From contig OZ076417.1 in the NCBI GenBank assembly GCA_964187785.1, forward strand, positions 10,106,001-10,170,000: DNA of 64,000 nt. Direction: 5' to 3'. Numbering within the stretch: position 1 is the first letter of the stretch; every line of letters begins with the position of its first letter. Under the pieces are notes generated by a model. The model worked only from the letters and a program-made list of their open reading frames with translations. It had not been told where the DNA came from and did no database searches. The stretch is from Amphiscolops sp. MND2022. Lineage: Eukaryota. This document shows positions 13,961 through 26,657 of this stretch, one piece after another. The position numbers and the translations under genes are program-made.

Positions 13961-14143
13961 AGATATCAAAGACGTGACCCCTCAGTGGAAACTTTTAGTT
14001 AGAAGTGCTCAGACAATTGATTAATCCATCCTTCATTTCTACGTAAGCCTACTACAGCGTTGACGGAAGTATATCGCTTACAAAATTCAAAGGTGGATCA
14101 AACTAATCAGAAACGCTAAAAAAGAAAGCCATCTTTAAATTTA

Positions 14144-14302
14144 TGACGTCACACGAACGTTATCCTTTCAGAAGAAATTGATGACGTCATAACGAAGTTT
14201 TAAATGTCAGAAGACTTTCTTCTCGGTTCAGCCAATCACAGGGCAGATGGAGGCAAAACGCTTTCCGAAACTAAAACGAAGGAAGGAAAGCGACCTATAA
14301 AA
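14144..14302 (+). promoter_or_regulatory. Pol II promoter-like motif cluster between divergent ORF sets
   Basis: Two perfect CRE palindromes TGACGTCA (14144-14151, 14182-14189), CCAAT (14232-14236) and TATAAAA (14296-14302), in canonical order. Confidence 0.55.
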
Positions 14303-14349
14303 TTTCAGAGAAAATTAAAAACGGAGGAAAGTTGACCTCTCTATTTGCC

Positions 14350-15042
14350 GTACGGAAAAAAGCAGTCTATTCTTAACGAAAACTTCAACAAAAGTTTTGG
14401 AACAAACATTCAACTGGAAAGGACAACAACGCCCTAGTAATCGAAATCTCCTCGGATGAGGAGAGAAACAGATATAGTACCCCTACAAAAACGCTGGCTG
14501 TCTACTTGGTGGGGAGACTAAACCTCAGTGACTCATCGGTAGAAGTCTGGAGAGGTAGCGAAGCGGACCTCGAATCAACTCAAGAGTCCATCTCTACATT
14601 TGAATCGGACCAGGAGGAGGCTTTCATAGTTGAAAAACAGTGAGAAACAGACTCTGACGATTACTTCGAAGATACGGACTTATCTCGGGAAAGGCCCGAA
14701 TTACCACGGGCCCATGTGTTGAAGACATCACGAACGACAAGAATTAGGAATACGCTCCCCCCATGAAGACAGAAAGGATAGATGATCTAACTGAACTATC
14801 AATTGAAGATGTAGAAGAAACTCATGGCTTCAAGCTGGACGACGACAAGTACTACTGCATACTGCACAGCCGAACGAGGAAACTCATTTACGTCAGCGAG
14901 AATTCAGAGAAAGCGGAAACAACCCGTACGAGTTGTGCGAAAAAGCCCCCACTGCACTGGGGTACCTGCTTACAGAGCCAGAGGCTCCCTGTCACGACCC
15001 GCTCCTGGTCGGTGCTTTACCTGCCATGAAGTAGTACATTAA
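14350..15042 (+). pseudogene. Degenerate acidic ORF ending in Cys/His motifs (..CAKKP.C..; RCFTCHEVVH)
   Basis: ORF pieces 14763-15029 and 14824-15042 lie downstream of the TATA box. The terminal CFTCHEVVH resembles a truncated zinc knuckle. Confidence 0.35.
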
Positions 15043-15658
15043 TTTGCCACTGGACTCGGCCATGGAGTTTTCAGGAATTAAATATTATACCTTGTTTTCT
15101 TAAACTACAGCACGACGATTTGTTAAGGCAGAAGAATTTTTCAATGAACGTGATTGCTATGTGAGGTATTCAAAAGTGCCTTCTGACTAACCAAAACTTT
15201 TTGTCTACTATGTCACGATTATATGAATTATTTCCGGTCCCAGTCCACGCAGCTTTCCATTTCAATCTACACGATTAAAATAAAACCCCAATGAAATAAG
15301 AAAAATTCTTTTCCACCCTGAGAAACAAAACAGAGATCAATGTTTGAATCCGTAATCCTAACGGATAACATTGTCAAATTTAAAAAAGAAAATACAAAAC
15401 ACGATAGAAAAGGCACAACAGTGGTTGAAGGATCTGTCAAAATCTAATCAAATTTCAAGTACGTAATCTAAATAAATCTTAACAACATAATGGGCACGGC
15501 TGAGACTGGGACTGGTGATTTCGAATTTTACGGACCAATAGCGTTGCAGTTAAGACCAGCATATTTGCGCTCAAACTAGTAAGAAGTATTCAAATGACGT
15601 CACTAAGAATGATTTGAAAAAAGACAATGTTGCTCCGCTATACCTCCGTTGCTAGCTA

Positions 15659-15775
15659 GCTTGCTATATCCAATCTTAATACGTACGGAGCAACTACGGA
15701 GCAAATACTAAAATTAAAGGTTGTTAAGCTTGCTATATCCAAACTTAAATCGTACGGATCAGCTACGGAGCAAAC
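15659..15775. repeat. Imperfect ~48-bp direct repeat, two copies ~69 bp apart
   Basis: agcttgctatatccaatcttaatacgtacggagcaactacggagcaaa versus agcttgctatatccaaacttaaatcgtacggatcagctacggagcaaa. Confidence 0.75.
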
Positions 15776-16530
15776 TGTAAGATCAAGATTGCGTTAGTCC
15801 GCTATAATCATTTTTAGTACACACGGAACCATTGTGGAGTAATTAAAATTCTACAGTGTCGGAACCATATTGTTCCGAATATGCTCCGCTTTGAAAAGTC
15901 GTGCTGTAGTTTAGAGCAAGCAAATTGACTATCTTTGTAGTGTGTGGTGATACTGAGAAGGTGCTCTTTTTTTCTACTCTTTTGCAATATCAATTGTTTG
16001 CCCAAGAAACCTACTTATTACATTTCTTGAACATGTAAAGTTTGTAAGCTTGTATAGATTAATACGATGTTACAGAACAAGTAAGCCCAATTGTTGTTTT
16101 GTATTCATCATTTTCTAGCATCATTTGTTCCTTCTATGAAGCAGCTCAAAAATTAATGGCCGCTTAGCTTAGGATTTTCCGTATTCATTCTTGTATAGTG
16201 AAAAGATGATTTTTTGCTAGCCTTGCGCTGAATCATTGTTCACGTCAGCGTACTTTCATCAGTAGAAATTTAACTAGACCTTTGTTTTGGCGCCATTTCT
16301 TTGACTAAACCCTGAATGGGATTGTTGAACAAAAATGATTTCAACGAGTGCTCCGTAAGGGAGTCGTAACTAGGAATTTTGAAATATGAACTAATGGTTG
16401 AAGGACTGAAATAATAAGGATGATTAGGCATTTTTAAAGAACAAAACCAATTTTTAGTTTTTCTAGGAATTTTTAGGTGAAAAACAAATTATGCTGAGAA
16501 ATTATATATACCAAAAGCTCATGTAATTAT

Positions 16531-16549
16531 TCAATCAATCAATCAATCA
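16531..16549. repeat. (TCAA)n microsatellite
   Basis: tcaatcaatcaatcaatca. Confidence 0.8.
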
Positions 16550-16930
16550 GTCTTTTGTTGCAAAAACGTTTCGTTAAAAAAACGAATTTCTTTGAAGAAT
16601 TGTAAACCTCTAAAGAACTCTTTTCTCACGCTCTAAAACGATTAAAAGAAGCCAGAAGAGAAAAACTGTGGAGGAACTAGTTTCCGATGACTAGGAAACT
16701 CCTTCAAGTGAAACTAGCCAGAGCATAAATCCCGTAGTGGGAACGAGTAAATCACCGAAAGTCCAAACTGAGAATCTAGAGAAAATAAAATCTACTCTTT
16801 AATAAATTACCGGTAAATAGTCGTAACAATCCCAGGGATCAATACATAACAAAAACAACTTACTATTTGACACTATCGATACATAAGAGGTAAAATATAC
16901 TTTTTAATACTGAATATAAAACACTTTCTG

Positions 16931-17050
16931 ATGATTAATCCTGACAATTTTGTCGGTTTTATTTTGTTCATTTGCTTTTCCCTTGATTTCATTGCTATAG
17001 TCGGTCTTGTGTTTGATCAATTTCTCATTCCTTTTATTTCAAAAATTTAG
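16931..17050 (+). CDS. ORF0 of copy B: hydrophobic 39-aa peptide upstream of gag (probably truncated by a premature stop)
   Basis: MINPDNFVGFILFICFSLDFIAIVGLVFDQFLIPFISKI*, homologous to 43918-44088. Confidence 0.55.
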   Translation: MINPDNFVGFILFICFSLDFIAIVGLVFDQFLIPFISKI

Positions 17051-17339
17051 AATTTCATACCTGTTATGATTAATAACATACCATTACTTGTTCTTGAAAT
17101 TTTTGGCATGAATCATACATCTCGTTTCTATGTAACATATATAACCAATTTTATAAATTTTACTTCTCACTATAGTCTGTACCTTTTTCTTTCAAGTCGT
17201 TTTTGTTGATCATTTTGTCCCATATCATATACATTTCGGTACAGATTATAAAATTGCTTTCTTTTTATAACCCTTTCATCACTCTAGTTAAATAGTTGGT
17301 ATAGTACACAATATTACACAATTTCTCTTACAATATACA

Positions 17340-18720
17340 ATGCTTCCTACTCCTTTTCAATGTACTACTCCACCAACTCGTAATGTACGTTCCAATACTC
17401 ATGATGTCAAACATTTTTTTACAAAACATCATCTTCCAATACACAATTCCATTACCTTTTGAAATCGAAGCTCATTCTATACATACCATACCTCTTCTTT
17501 GAGAACATCTAGTTTCTTATCTATAATATATCAGATACAAAACATATGAAATAAAACACAAACAGAGTTTCAAATCATTTTCAACCCTGTGCAAGCAAGA
17601 CAATAATACAGGAATATACTATAGAACAATTTATCCGCAAAACACAACAATATCACAATATCATTCACTATTTGAACAAACTAATAGAATTTAATGAAAA
17701 CCATTATACACCTAAGTACCGTCCTTGTTTTTTTTAAAAAAACTGCAACAAAAACAACAAAATTTTGAAGTACGAGACATAGAATCCAAGATAACTCGAC
17801 GCAACTACCCTCATTATTAGATCAAAATATATTACAAATACCGCGGTTTCAATACAACTTTTTTCAGAACCTCACACTTAATGACGACACTATACCACAA
17901 AACAAGTCTTTTCAAGGTTTCTTTTGAAATTCTTCAGATTTAATTATCTTTTATATGGGTACAACAAGATCAATCTGCATATACTAACTTCACACAATCC
18001 TTTGATGAAATAGACTTACTTCCTTTCATTATAAACGAAGAATTCATTCAAATACATTACATAAATCCTTCAGACCTACATATACTGTTTTGCTACACTA
18101 TTACGTTTGATAATAACTTCATTCTAGAGCAGTCTGAAACGTCAGATAGACGATCAAATGCTACTACTACTGTTACACTTGATACACAATCTTATTGGAC
18201 GATAATGACATCCAGATAGATGATCAAAATACTAACATCCAAGCAGATGATCAAAATGATCTTGTCTCAGATACATCTGAATTACAAGTACAATACCTAC
18301 AACAAGACCTACAGACAATACAACCAATGACAGAACAACAACCTCACAATATACAACTTGAAATTTTGTCATTACAAACTAATGGAAATCCTCAGGATGA
18401 GTTCTAAAAAACAAATCCTTCACATGATACTCAAAGTATTAACATGATACTCGAAGTACTAAACATATCAATATTCCCCCTACCATTGTAACTTCTAGAA
18501 CTCTTTCTAGACGACCACAACAAACAATTCCTACCAATCCATTACAATACAATCCCAATAGTACAAATACCCATAATACACAAAACTCTGTAAACCCTTT
18601 CCTACACAATACTCAGACAACAACTTCAACCTCCAATATACACAATAATAACGTCTCAGTACCACAAGATTCTTCTATTAGGACCAATGCATATTTTACA
18701 CTTCTGATTCAAGTTTTAAT
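17340..18720 (+). pseudogene. gag: gag 5' part of copy B
   Basis: Starts MLPTPFQCTTPPTRNVRS, homologous to MCPSPFQSTTP*HRNIRS at 44266. FQIIFNP(V) is shared with 44500-44520. Confidence 0.7.
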
Positions 18721-18739
18721 TCACAAATAATGAACGGAC

Positions 18740-21330
18740 TAACATTACAGAACATACAATGCCAAATACAAAACACCCTTTCTTTATTACAGTTGATGAT
18801 TCCTAAATTGGGCTAGGCGCCGTTCTTTTCCAACTTAATGAGGACAACAAAAGGAAAATTATATCGTATAACTCCCGTATACTCAATTCTCAAGAAAAAA
18901 AGTTTTCTACACTAGATCGTGAACGACTTGGTATAGTACATGCACTACAAATCTACAAGTTCCTTATCATAGGATCTCCACATCCACTTCACAAATTCAC
19001 AGATCACAAACCTCTTTTGCACTATTTTACAAAAAAGGGAAATCTTAATCCACGCTTTTACCGTGCTCAAATACAACTCACAAAGTTTCCAAAACTCAAA
19101 ATTTTCCATATTCCTGGCAAAAATCTGTCTGTTGCAGACATGCTTATTCGTTCTTTTACAAAACCTGAATTTCAACTGAATTATCTTAAACATAAACAAC
19201 TTCCACAACAAATAGATTTTGCTATATTACAAAATAATACATTGACATCTGTCCATTACTTAATACAACACGAAGAAATACTACCACACCAGAAACATGA
19301 CTCACATCCTATCCTCGCTGATTATGGAACAGATCAATTTTCAATTCGTATCAATGCTAAAGGTAACGACATAATTGTCAAACCCTTAGAATCATTTTCT
19401 TTTTAACCTTTCACTCCTTTTCAAAACAAGTGTGAAACACCCGTTAAGAAACGTAACAAAACTTTACACCAGCAATCTTTACTTCTTAATGACACTGATG
19501 TTACTAGTGATGATGATGATCATATTTATACTCGGATTCCAAAACCTATTACGTTTCCATCCACTGATCAACTAAATCACACTGATCCTAAACCCACTTG
19601 ACCAACTTTAAAAACTTGTTCTACACTCAAAAATCCAAAACATTTTTCTCACTCTACTTCTGTAGTTGATATAACAGCCCCTATTAAACTTTCTACACAA
19701 AACTCTCAAGTCATACCCTTTTATGATCCTTCTTTCTTCAAGTAAAAGAAATATTTTCAGGGTTTTTTCTTACCAGATGATTTCTCCTTAGACTTGATTA
19801 CACTACAACAACAACAAACTCAAGATCCTGTTTTGAAGACTGTATATCACTGGAAACGCCAAAATTCTAAGTCTGATTTTACTACACCTTTGATACATGG
19901 TTGTTCTTTTTTATACGAATAATATAAAATCTTCTCTCAACTTCTTATTTATGATGGTACCAATCTAATCAGTTTATACAACAAAAACAAATTCGCTGCT
20001 GATACAAAACCTAACATCACTCCATCCTTGATTTACAGTGATATAAGAATTTATCTACCTTTTAGAATTTTTAAAACAGTTTTCATCATCAAACTACACG
20101 CTCATAGTCATACTGGAACTAAAAATACTTACACTATATTTTCACAGTACTGCTACATCCCATTTCTCGAAAAATGGGTTTTTATTTCCATACATGACTG
20201 TCTTGAATGTCAACGCAACAAACACTTCAATATGAAAATCAAAACAGCCCCTCTTCACTCCTTTTCAGAACATGCTCCATCTTTTAACTATCGTGTATCG
20301 ATGGACACTAAAGGTCCTATGAATCGACTTTCTCAAAGCAAATCTTATATACACGTCATTGTCGACGCTTTGAGCCATTTTTTTGTTACAGTACCAATAA
20401 AGTCTAACAATGCCAAAACAACAGCGAAAACTCACAGCGAAACAAAGTCATTGGATTGTCATATTTGGCCCTCCAATCTATCTTGTTACTGATCGCGGAT
20501 CAGAGTCCATTGATTCAATACAAAGAGTACATCTTTGTACTCTTATGGGTATTAGACATTCTCCTGGAACGCCTCACTTTCCTTGGACTGATGGACTCTT
20601 CGTTGAAGTACAAAATAGAAATCTTGGTACACATACTCGTGTACTTACAAAACACTCCCCTCCCAAGGATTGGGCACACCAAATTAAAATGTACGCTTTT
20701 GCACATAATTCACAACCCCTTTAAGCAATGAACGTTTCACCTCATGAATTAGTTTTTCATATACGACCTCGAATCCCTTTAACATTCGATTTAAATTTTA
20801 TTCGAAATAAAAAAAATACTTGTATATCACATTATTGCTCTCAATCACCTATGACAAAACTTATCTAAACCCTTTTTTCTTAAAAACTTTTTCAAAACCT
20901 CTTCCACGATGGTTCCTTGCGGTTCAAACTGCTATGTTACAAATTTATTATATAGTATTTGATTATACTTTAAAGAAAAATAATTCACAAGCATATATTA
21001 CTAAAACGTATCACGAAGGTAAACCTCTTCCACTTGGAACATTTGTTTTGAAACGTAATTTCACCCAGGTTCATTTTTAAACAAACCTAAACCTCTTCGT
21101 ATTGGTCCATTAAAAATACTTGACCGACTCTCTGATGTAACCTATGATCTTTTATGACAAGATTACTACGTTTCACACTCATCGAAAGCACTTGATAACC
21201 TATATTCCAAAAGAACCACATTTATAACCTCATCTTCGTAATGTAATGCGCTTCTCAGACTCTCTTAAGTCAGACATCCCAAAACCCAATGAATACGCTA
21301 ATAGTGATTCCTCTCCATTTAATTCTGACA
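18740..21330 (+). pseudogene. pol: pol 3' part of copy B: RNase H and integrase
   Basis: RNase H: PFFITVD..GLGAVLFQ, FTDHKPL, HIPGKNLSVADML. Integrase zinc motif LHAHSHTG...HDCLECQ. Core motifs SMDTKGP, IVDAL, LVTDRGSE, VEVQNRNL. Confidence 0.9.
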
Positions 21331-21583
21331 CTCCATTATCGGAAGTTGAATCTTGTAAAACCATTTATCCAGCTAATCCCGATACTTCTTCAACTTTTAA
21401 CTGACACTTCATCCTATAGGACAATTATGAAAACTCATGGCACTGTTCCTTTTATAGTTACATATATAGATTTCAATAGAGATCCTACTGTTCCAGACTT
21501 GAAATATGACAAAAGTTTGTTCTACAATCAATACTCGGGCCTCAAATACACTACATCCTTTTAAACACATCTATTCACATCAT

Positions 21584-22204
21584 ATGAACAACCTATATTT
21601 TTCTCTTTTCTATAATACGATATTACTTTCATCTTCTATACCTATCGAACTAACAGATACAGACAATTATCGTCCTCCAGATGACCCTAACATTACAAAC
21701 CTTATGATTTCCCATTATGATTGTGAAAATCAACATAATCTAAGACAATTCAATTGTTAAATGTGAAAAAAAAGCACTGAAGCTCCTTCAAACATACAAC
21801 ACGCAAAAGTTCAAACCCGAGTTTACGTTCGCGCTAAAGCTAAACGAGTTAAAGCATTCAATTGTGAAGCTTATGCAAAGAAAGAACGCAAAATATGTTA
21901 CCAAGACTCAGTGGAATATCGAAGTGTTGATAGAACCGTTTGGAATCACAATACAATACCTCTTCTTGTAACTCTAGACCTTATAAGACCTTAATGGTAC
22001 AACTAACAAAATATAGAACAACTTCAAATACAATCGTACTCTTACAATTCTAGAAGACCATTAATTTCAAGAAAAATTTGAACATTTTCAAACCCTCTTT
22101 TACAGTTTACAAATTTAATACATTGCATTTTGGTACTGTTACCTATATGCCTGCAGATAAAAAATGGATATATGACCCTCTGAAAAAATTTATACATAAC
22201 TATC
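21584..22204 (+). pseudogene. env: env 5' part of copy B (signal peptide, HYDC), cut by the Polinton
   Basis: MNNLYFSLFYNTILLSSSIPIELTDTD...MISHYDCENQHNLRQF; aligns to 53660-54230. Confidence 0.85.
22199..22204. repeat. Left 6-bp target-site duplication ACTATC of the Polinton
   Basis: Identical hexamer at 35959-35964. 6-bp TSDs are the established Polinton norm. Confidence 0.95.
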
Positions 22205-22307
22205 AGTAGTAGGGAAAGGGGGGGGTTTAGAGCCAATCATGAATCCTTGAGATGCGCTTAGAGCCATTTATGAATCCTTGATCTGTTAGAGCCAATTATG
22301 AATCCTT
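22205..22307 (+). repeat. Left TIR, with iterated TAGAGCCAATYATGAATCC units
   Basis: Reverse complement of 35857-35958 with about 7 differences. Units start at 22228, 22259 and 22287; a fourth at 22315 and a degenerate fifth at ~22370 lie beyond the TIR. Confidence 0.93.
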
Positions 22308-22763
22308 GATATGCTAGAGCCAATTATGAATCCTTGATATTCTTTCATGCATTTCTCATCGGTGAACTTTAAAGCCATTCGTGAATCCTAATCTTTCAAA
22401 CATTGAGAATTTATTGTTTGATGTTTTGACAAATCAGATACAAAATGTCAGTTGTTCAAACTAGATAAAATTTTCTTTCTTGTTTCAATATTCCGTTCTC
22501 AATCTTAATATACCATGATTTGAAACTTCTTATATAACCCAACTATTGAACAAAACTGAACAACCTTTCATAATATCATACCAATTTGAACATTGAATAA
22601 CCGAAATTATCTCGACTTTTAGCTGAAAATTATCAAACAAAAATTTTTTTGTTGAAACGTATTCGGAAATCACCATTTTTCTAGCTGTTTTTGTCGTTCA
22701 AAAATGGTCATGAAATCTTCTCCAAACGTAACATGTATATAATGATTCCATGAAGCTTGAAAA

Positions 22764-25700
22764 ATGGTGATTTTCGAAAACAGGATGCATCGTTGCGAAG
22801 ATTGCTGTAAACTTTTTGCCTCGAAAAAAACCCTATATCAACATATTCGGAGTCAACATAAAAAAGAACCAGTTCTTTCCCTCCCAAAGTTTAAATGCGG
22901 CCACTGTGGTACAGAATTCATTTCCACGTCCAATTTACTTCGCCACTTGAGGAACGTTCACAAACTAACTGGCAATTTGAAATGTGTTTGCTGTACGAGT
23001 ATTTTCGGAAATCGAGTAACACTTGATAACCATATGAGCAATTCCCATTCGTACAAGTCAGGTAGCAATATCACTGAAAGATCTGAATTTGGCGAGGCAG
23101 CAAGAACATCTGGCTTCAAAACAGCTCTCAATTCGGCTTTCACAATTTATCGCTTGGAGTTGGAATCAACAGTGGTGGAACCCTTTCAATATTTAGTATC
23201 CAACAACAAACAAATCCTATCATTCATCAACAACAAATTACCAATCAATGGGTCAAGCAGAGTTGGCCTTACTATTCACGTTCGACTGTTGAAACCGTTG
23301 GAGGGAGAGACAGTGATAGCGTATTTCCATACAAAAATGGAACGATTGGGACATGAACTGCAGGATGATGACTTTAACAATTTTGTCGATCAACTAATCT
23401 CTCAAATGAATGTTTATTGCTCTGGAGGATCAGGTTGGGTTGTGGACACGCTGCTTGCCGTTGAAGTCAAAGTCGCCGCTCCCGTGAGACAATCAGGCTC
23501 ATCCTTCATTCCAACGCCTGCCACATTGAGTGGGCTCTCAAGAAGTATTCTGAATGTTAGAAACAAAAGTGATGACTTATGTTTTCTGTACTGCGTTTTG
23601 GCGGCATTGTATCCTCAGAAGAAACACTGTGATCGACCTTCTTCTTATATGCATTTGCTCGAAAGATTGGACTTCAAAATCCAAGATTTTCCAATGTGTC
23701 TCAGTAAAATACGCTTTTTTGAGAGACGGAATAATGTTTCCATTACAGTTTACCGCTTCGAAAATGAAAATCTCTACAATGTTTATCATTCCAAAAACAG
23801 AGCAAGTCGAAAGAAAATCAAGTTACTGTTGCTGATGGAGGGCACAAAAAGTCACTATTGTCTCATCAAAAACTTCTCGAATGTTATGCATAGGCTGCAC
23901 CGGTCATCCAAGAAGCGATTTAAAGGTCCCAAGAGCAAGTTTTGCGGCAATTGTTTTCAACCGATTGTGCGAAAAAACTATCAAAAACATTTGGAGTTTT
24001 GTGAAGAGCACAAGCCTGTGGAAATACAAATGCCCGAAGATGGGAAGACTATATCTTTCAGCAATTGGCAGAAAACGCAATGGTGCCCTTTCGTTGTGTA
24101 TGCTGATTTGGAAGCAATTGATGTTAAATGTGATGAAATTGGCGCATCAACATCGAACACCACCGAAATTGAAAGGCAATATCCAGCCAGTTTTGGCGCT
24201 GTTCTTTTCGACCAGAGAACAAATAGTATCGTGGATGAAGCATTCTACAGAGGAGAAGATTGTATTGAAAAATTGATGGAAACTTTGAGGGGTTGGTTGA
24301 CCAAGGCCTACGTGGAAAAACAAAAGTATCGGTTTTTAAATATATCCAAACTAGAACGGGAGCAGTTGATGACAGATGCCGCTACTGCTTGTTGCATTTG
24401 TGGCAATAACTTTGCAGACCCTCGCAAAGTGATTCATCACTGCCATCTAACAGGTCATATCTTCGGCGTTGCACATCCCGAATGTAATTTGAAAGCACGG
24501 TCAGTTTCTTTTCTTCCGGTGTTCTTTCATAATCATTCTCGTTACGATGCACATCACATCATCAAACATTTGAGCCTCAAAGCAAATGAGACTTTGTCGG
24601 CCATTTCTAGAACCGATGAAGTCTACATCTCTTTCAGTGTTTCCATCCCTGTCGGATCATACACAACAAAAAAAGGCAAAATTGTGAAAATTTCGAATGC
24701 ATTGCGATTCTTGGACAGTTTCCAGTTCATGACTCAAAGCTTGGACTCTCTTGCAAAAACCTTGAAGAAGGAGGACTTTGCGCTTCTCAAAGAACATTTT
24801 TCTTCAGTCTATCCCCAACTGGATTGGACGCTCTTTTCTGAAAAAGGTTTTTTCCCGTACAGTTATCTCGATTCTTTCGAAAAGTTCAATCAACCTCTAC
24901 CGGGTTATGGCGATGATTGGAAAAACACTTTGACTGGTAAAATTGATGTCACAGAAGATCAGTATAAAAAAGCTCTTAATCTCTACAACTTGTTGCAATG
25001 CAAATCCCTGGGCGACTATCACGACGTATACCTAAAAATCGATGTACTTGTTTTAGCAGATGTCTTCCAACTTTTCAGGAGAGTGTGCATGAAAGTTTAC
25101 TCTTTGGACCCTGCTCATTTTTTCTCGGCACCGAATTTGAGCTGGGAAGCAATGCTTATTACAACCAAAGCAACCCTGGGTCTGTTAACAGATATCGATA
25201 TGCTCTTGTTTTGCGAGAGAGGCATCCGTGGAGGCATCAACGGCATTGGTGAGCTTCGCCATTTTGTAGCCAACAATAAAGACCTCAATGACTTTGACGC
25301 GGAAAAACCTTCAGTTTACGGAGCGTTTTTTGACGTGACTTCCCTTTATGCAGGGACCATGCAGCAAATGCTTCCTCTCGATTCTTACACGTGGAATGAT
25401 AAAATTACTCTTGTTGAGGTACTCAACACTAGTGACGATTCTGATTTTGGATATTTTGTTGAGGTTGATCTCGAGTATCCTGCGGAGCTGCTTGATCTAC
25501 ACAATGATCTGCCGCTTGCACCAGAGAAACTTTCCATAAAACAATCATGGTTATCTCCGTTTGCAAAGAGCTTTGGAGTGAAACTTTGTTCGGATGCGCC
25601 GAAAAAGTTGATAGAGACGCTTTTCGATAAACATAATTATGTCTGTCACTACAGAAACTTGAAATTCTACCTGAAGCATGGTCTCAAAGTGAAACGATTG

Positions 25701-26591
25701 CACCGTGTATTGCAGTTTAGACAAAGCAAGTGGCTTGGGGATTACATATCCAAAAATACTGTAATGAGGAAACAAGCTGGTAATGATTTTGAAAAAAATT
25801 TCTACAAACTCATGAGTAATGCTTGCTTTGGTAAAACTATGGAAAATTTGCGCAACCGCCGGGAAATACTTTTTGTCAGTAGTAAGGAGCAAGCTGAAAA
25901 GCACTTACAAAAACCCAATTTTAAAGGCTTTCAGATCATCCACGACAATTTAGTGTCAGTCACCTTTTCTCCCAACAAAATTTCTTGGAGTAAGCCAACT
26001 CCGGTCGGTGCTTCAATACTTGACCTTTCAAACCTCTGCCTCTACCGCTTCCACTACGACGAGATGAAACCTCGATATGGTAACCGTTTGAAAGTGTGTT
26101 ATAAAGACACTGATTCGCTACTATATCGCATGGAAACAAAAGACTTATACGAGGAAATGCAAGGCTTTAAACACCTCCTGGATTTATCTGATTACCCCGA
26201 GTCTCATTTTCTTCATGACAAATCCAACAAGAAAGTTCCCCTAACAATGACTGATGAACTTCAAGGGAGGGTTCTCAATGAAATTGTGTGTTTACGATCC
26301 AAGCTGTAGAGCATTCAGTTTGAAGGGGGTGTGAAGCAGAGTGCGAAAGGAGTTCAGAAAAGTGTCAAAAAGACTCTGCATCATGACCTTTTCAAATCAT
26401 GTCTGTTCGATCATCAATCTGTCAGAAGATCAATGACACAATTGCGTTCTATCAACCATCAAATTGTTGTCAACCGGGTAAACAAAATTGCTCTGAGTTC
26501 TTACGACGACAAACGATACTTACTGGATGATGGCGTGCAATCACTTGCTTATGGACATTATTCACTTGAAAAGAACAACAAACATGGTTAG
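22764..26591 (+). pseudogene. polB: Protein-primed family B DNA polymerase (~1275 codons) with one in-frame TAG at 26307-26309; N-terminal C2H2 fingers, vOTU-like region and EndoVII-like insert
   Basis: Motifs VYADLEA (ExoI), FDVTSLYA (A), KLMSNACFGK (B), YKDTDSL (C). ORFs 22764-26309 and 26331-26591 are in the same frame, reading LRSKL*SI where Y is expected at the stop. Confidence 0.95.
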
Positions 26592-26657
26592 TCTGACATC
26601 GAAACGATTACTTTCTTTTTGGAATTGAAAATATTGTTCTAGTCGTTTTGTTTTCAG

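Noticed and set aside
16600-16850. Possible 5' LTR of copy B, or a gag N-terminus of another Gypsy
   Set aside because: No similarity to the LTR at 42416 or to 60482-60906, and no PBS. The coding-like stretch is too short and broken to assign.
22228-22340. CRISPR-like repeat in the Polinton left end
   Set aside because: The units lie within or next to a TIR and are mirrored at the right end; spacers are only 8-11 nt.
26307-26309. Programmed stop-codon readthrough in pPolB
   Set aside because: TAG replaces the conserved Tyr of the KxYS motif by a single base change and has no known readthrough context. A nonsense mutation or sequencing error is simpler.
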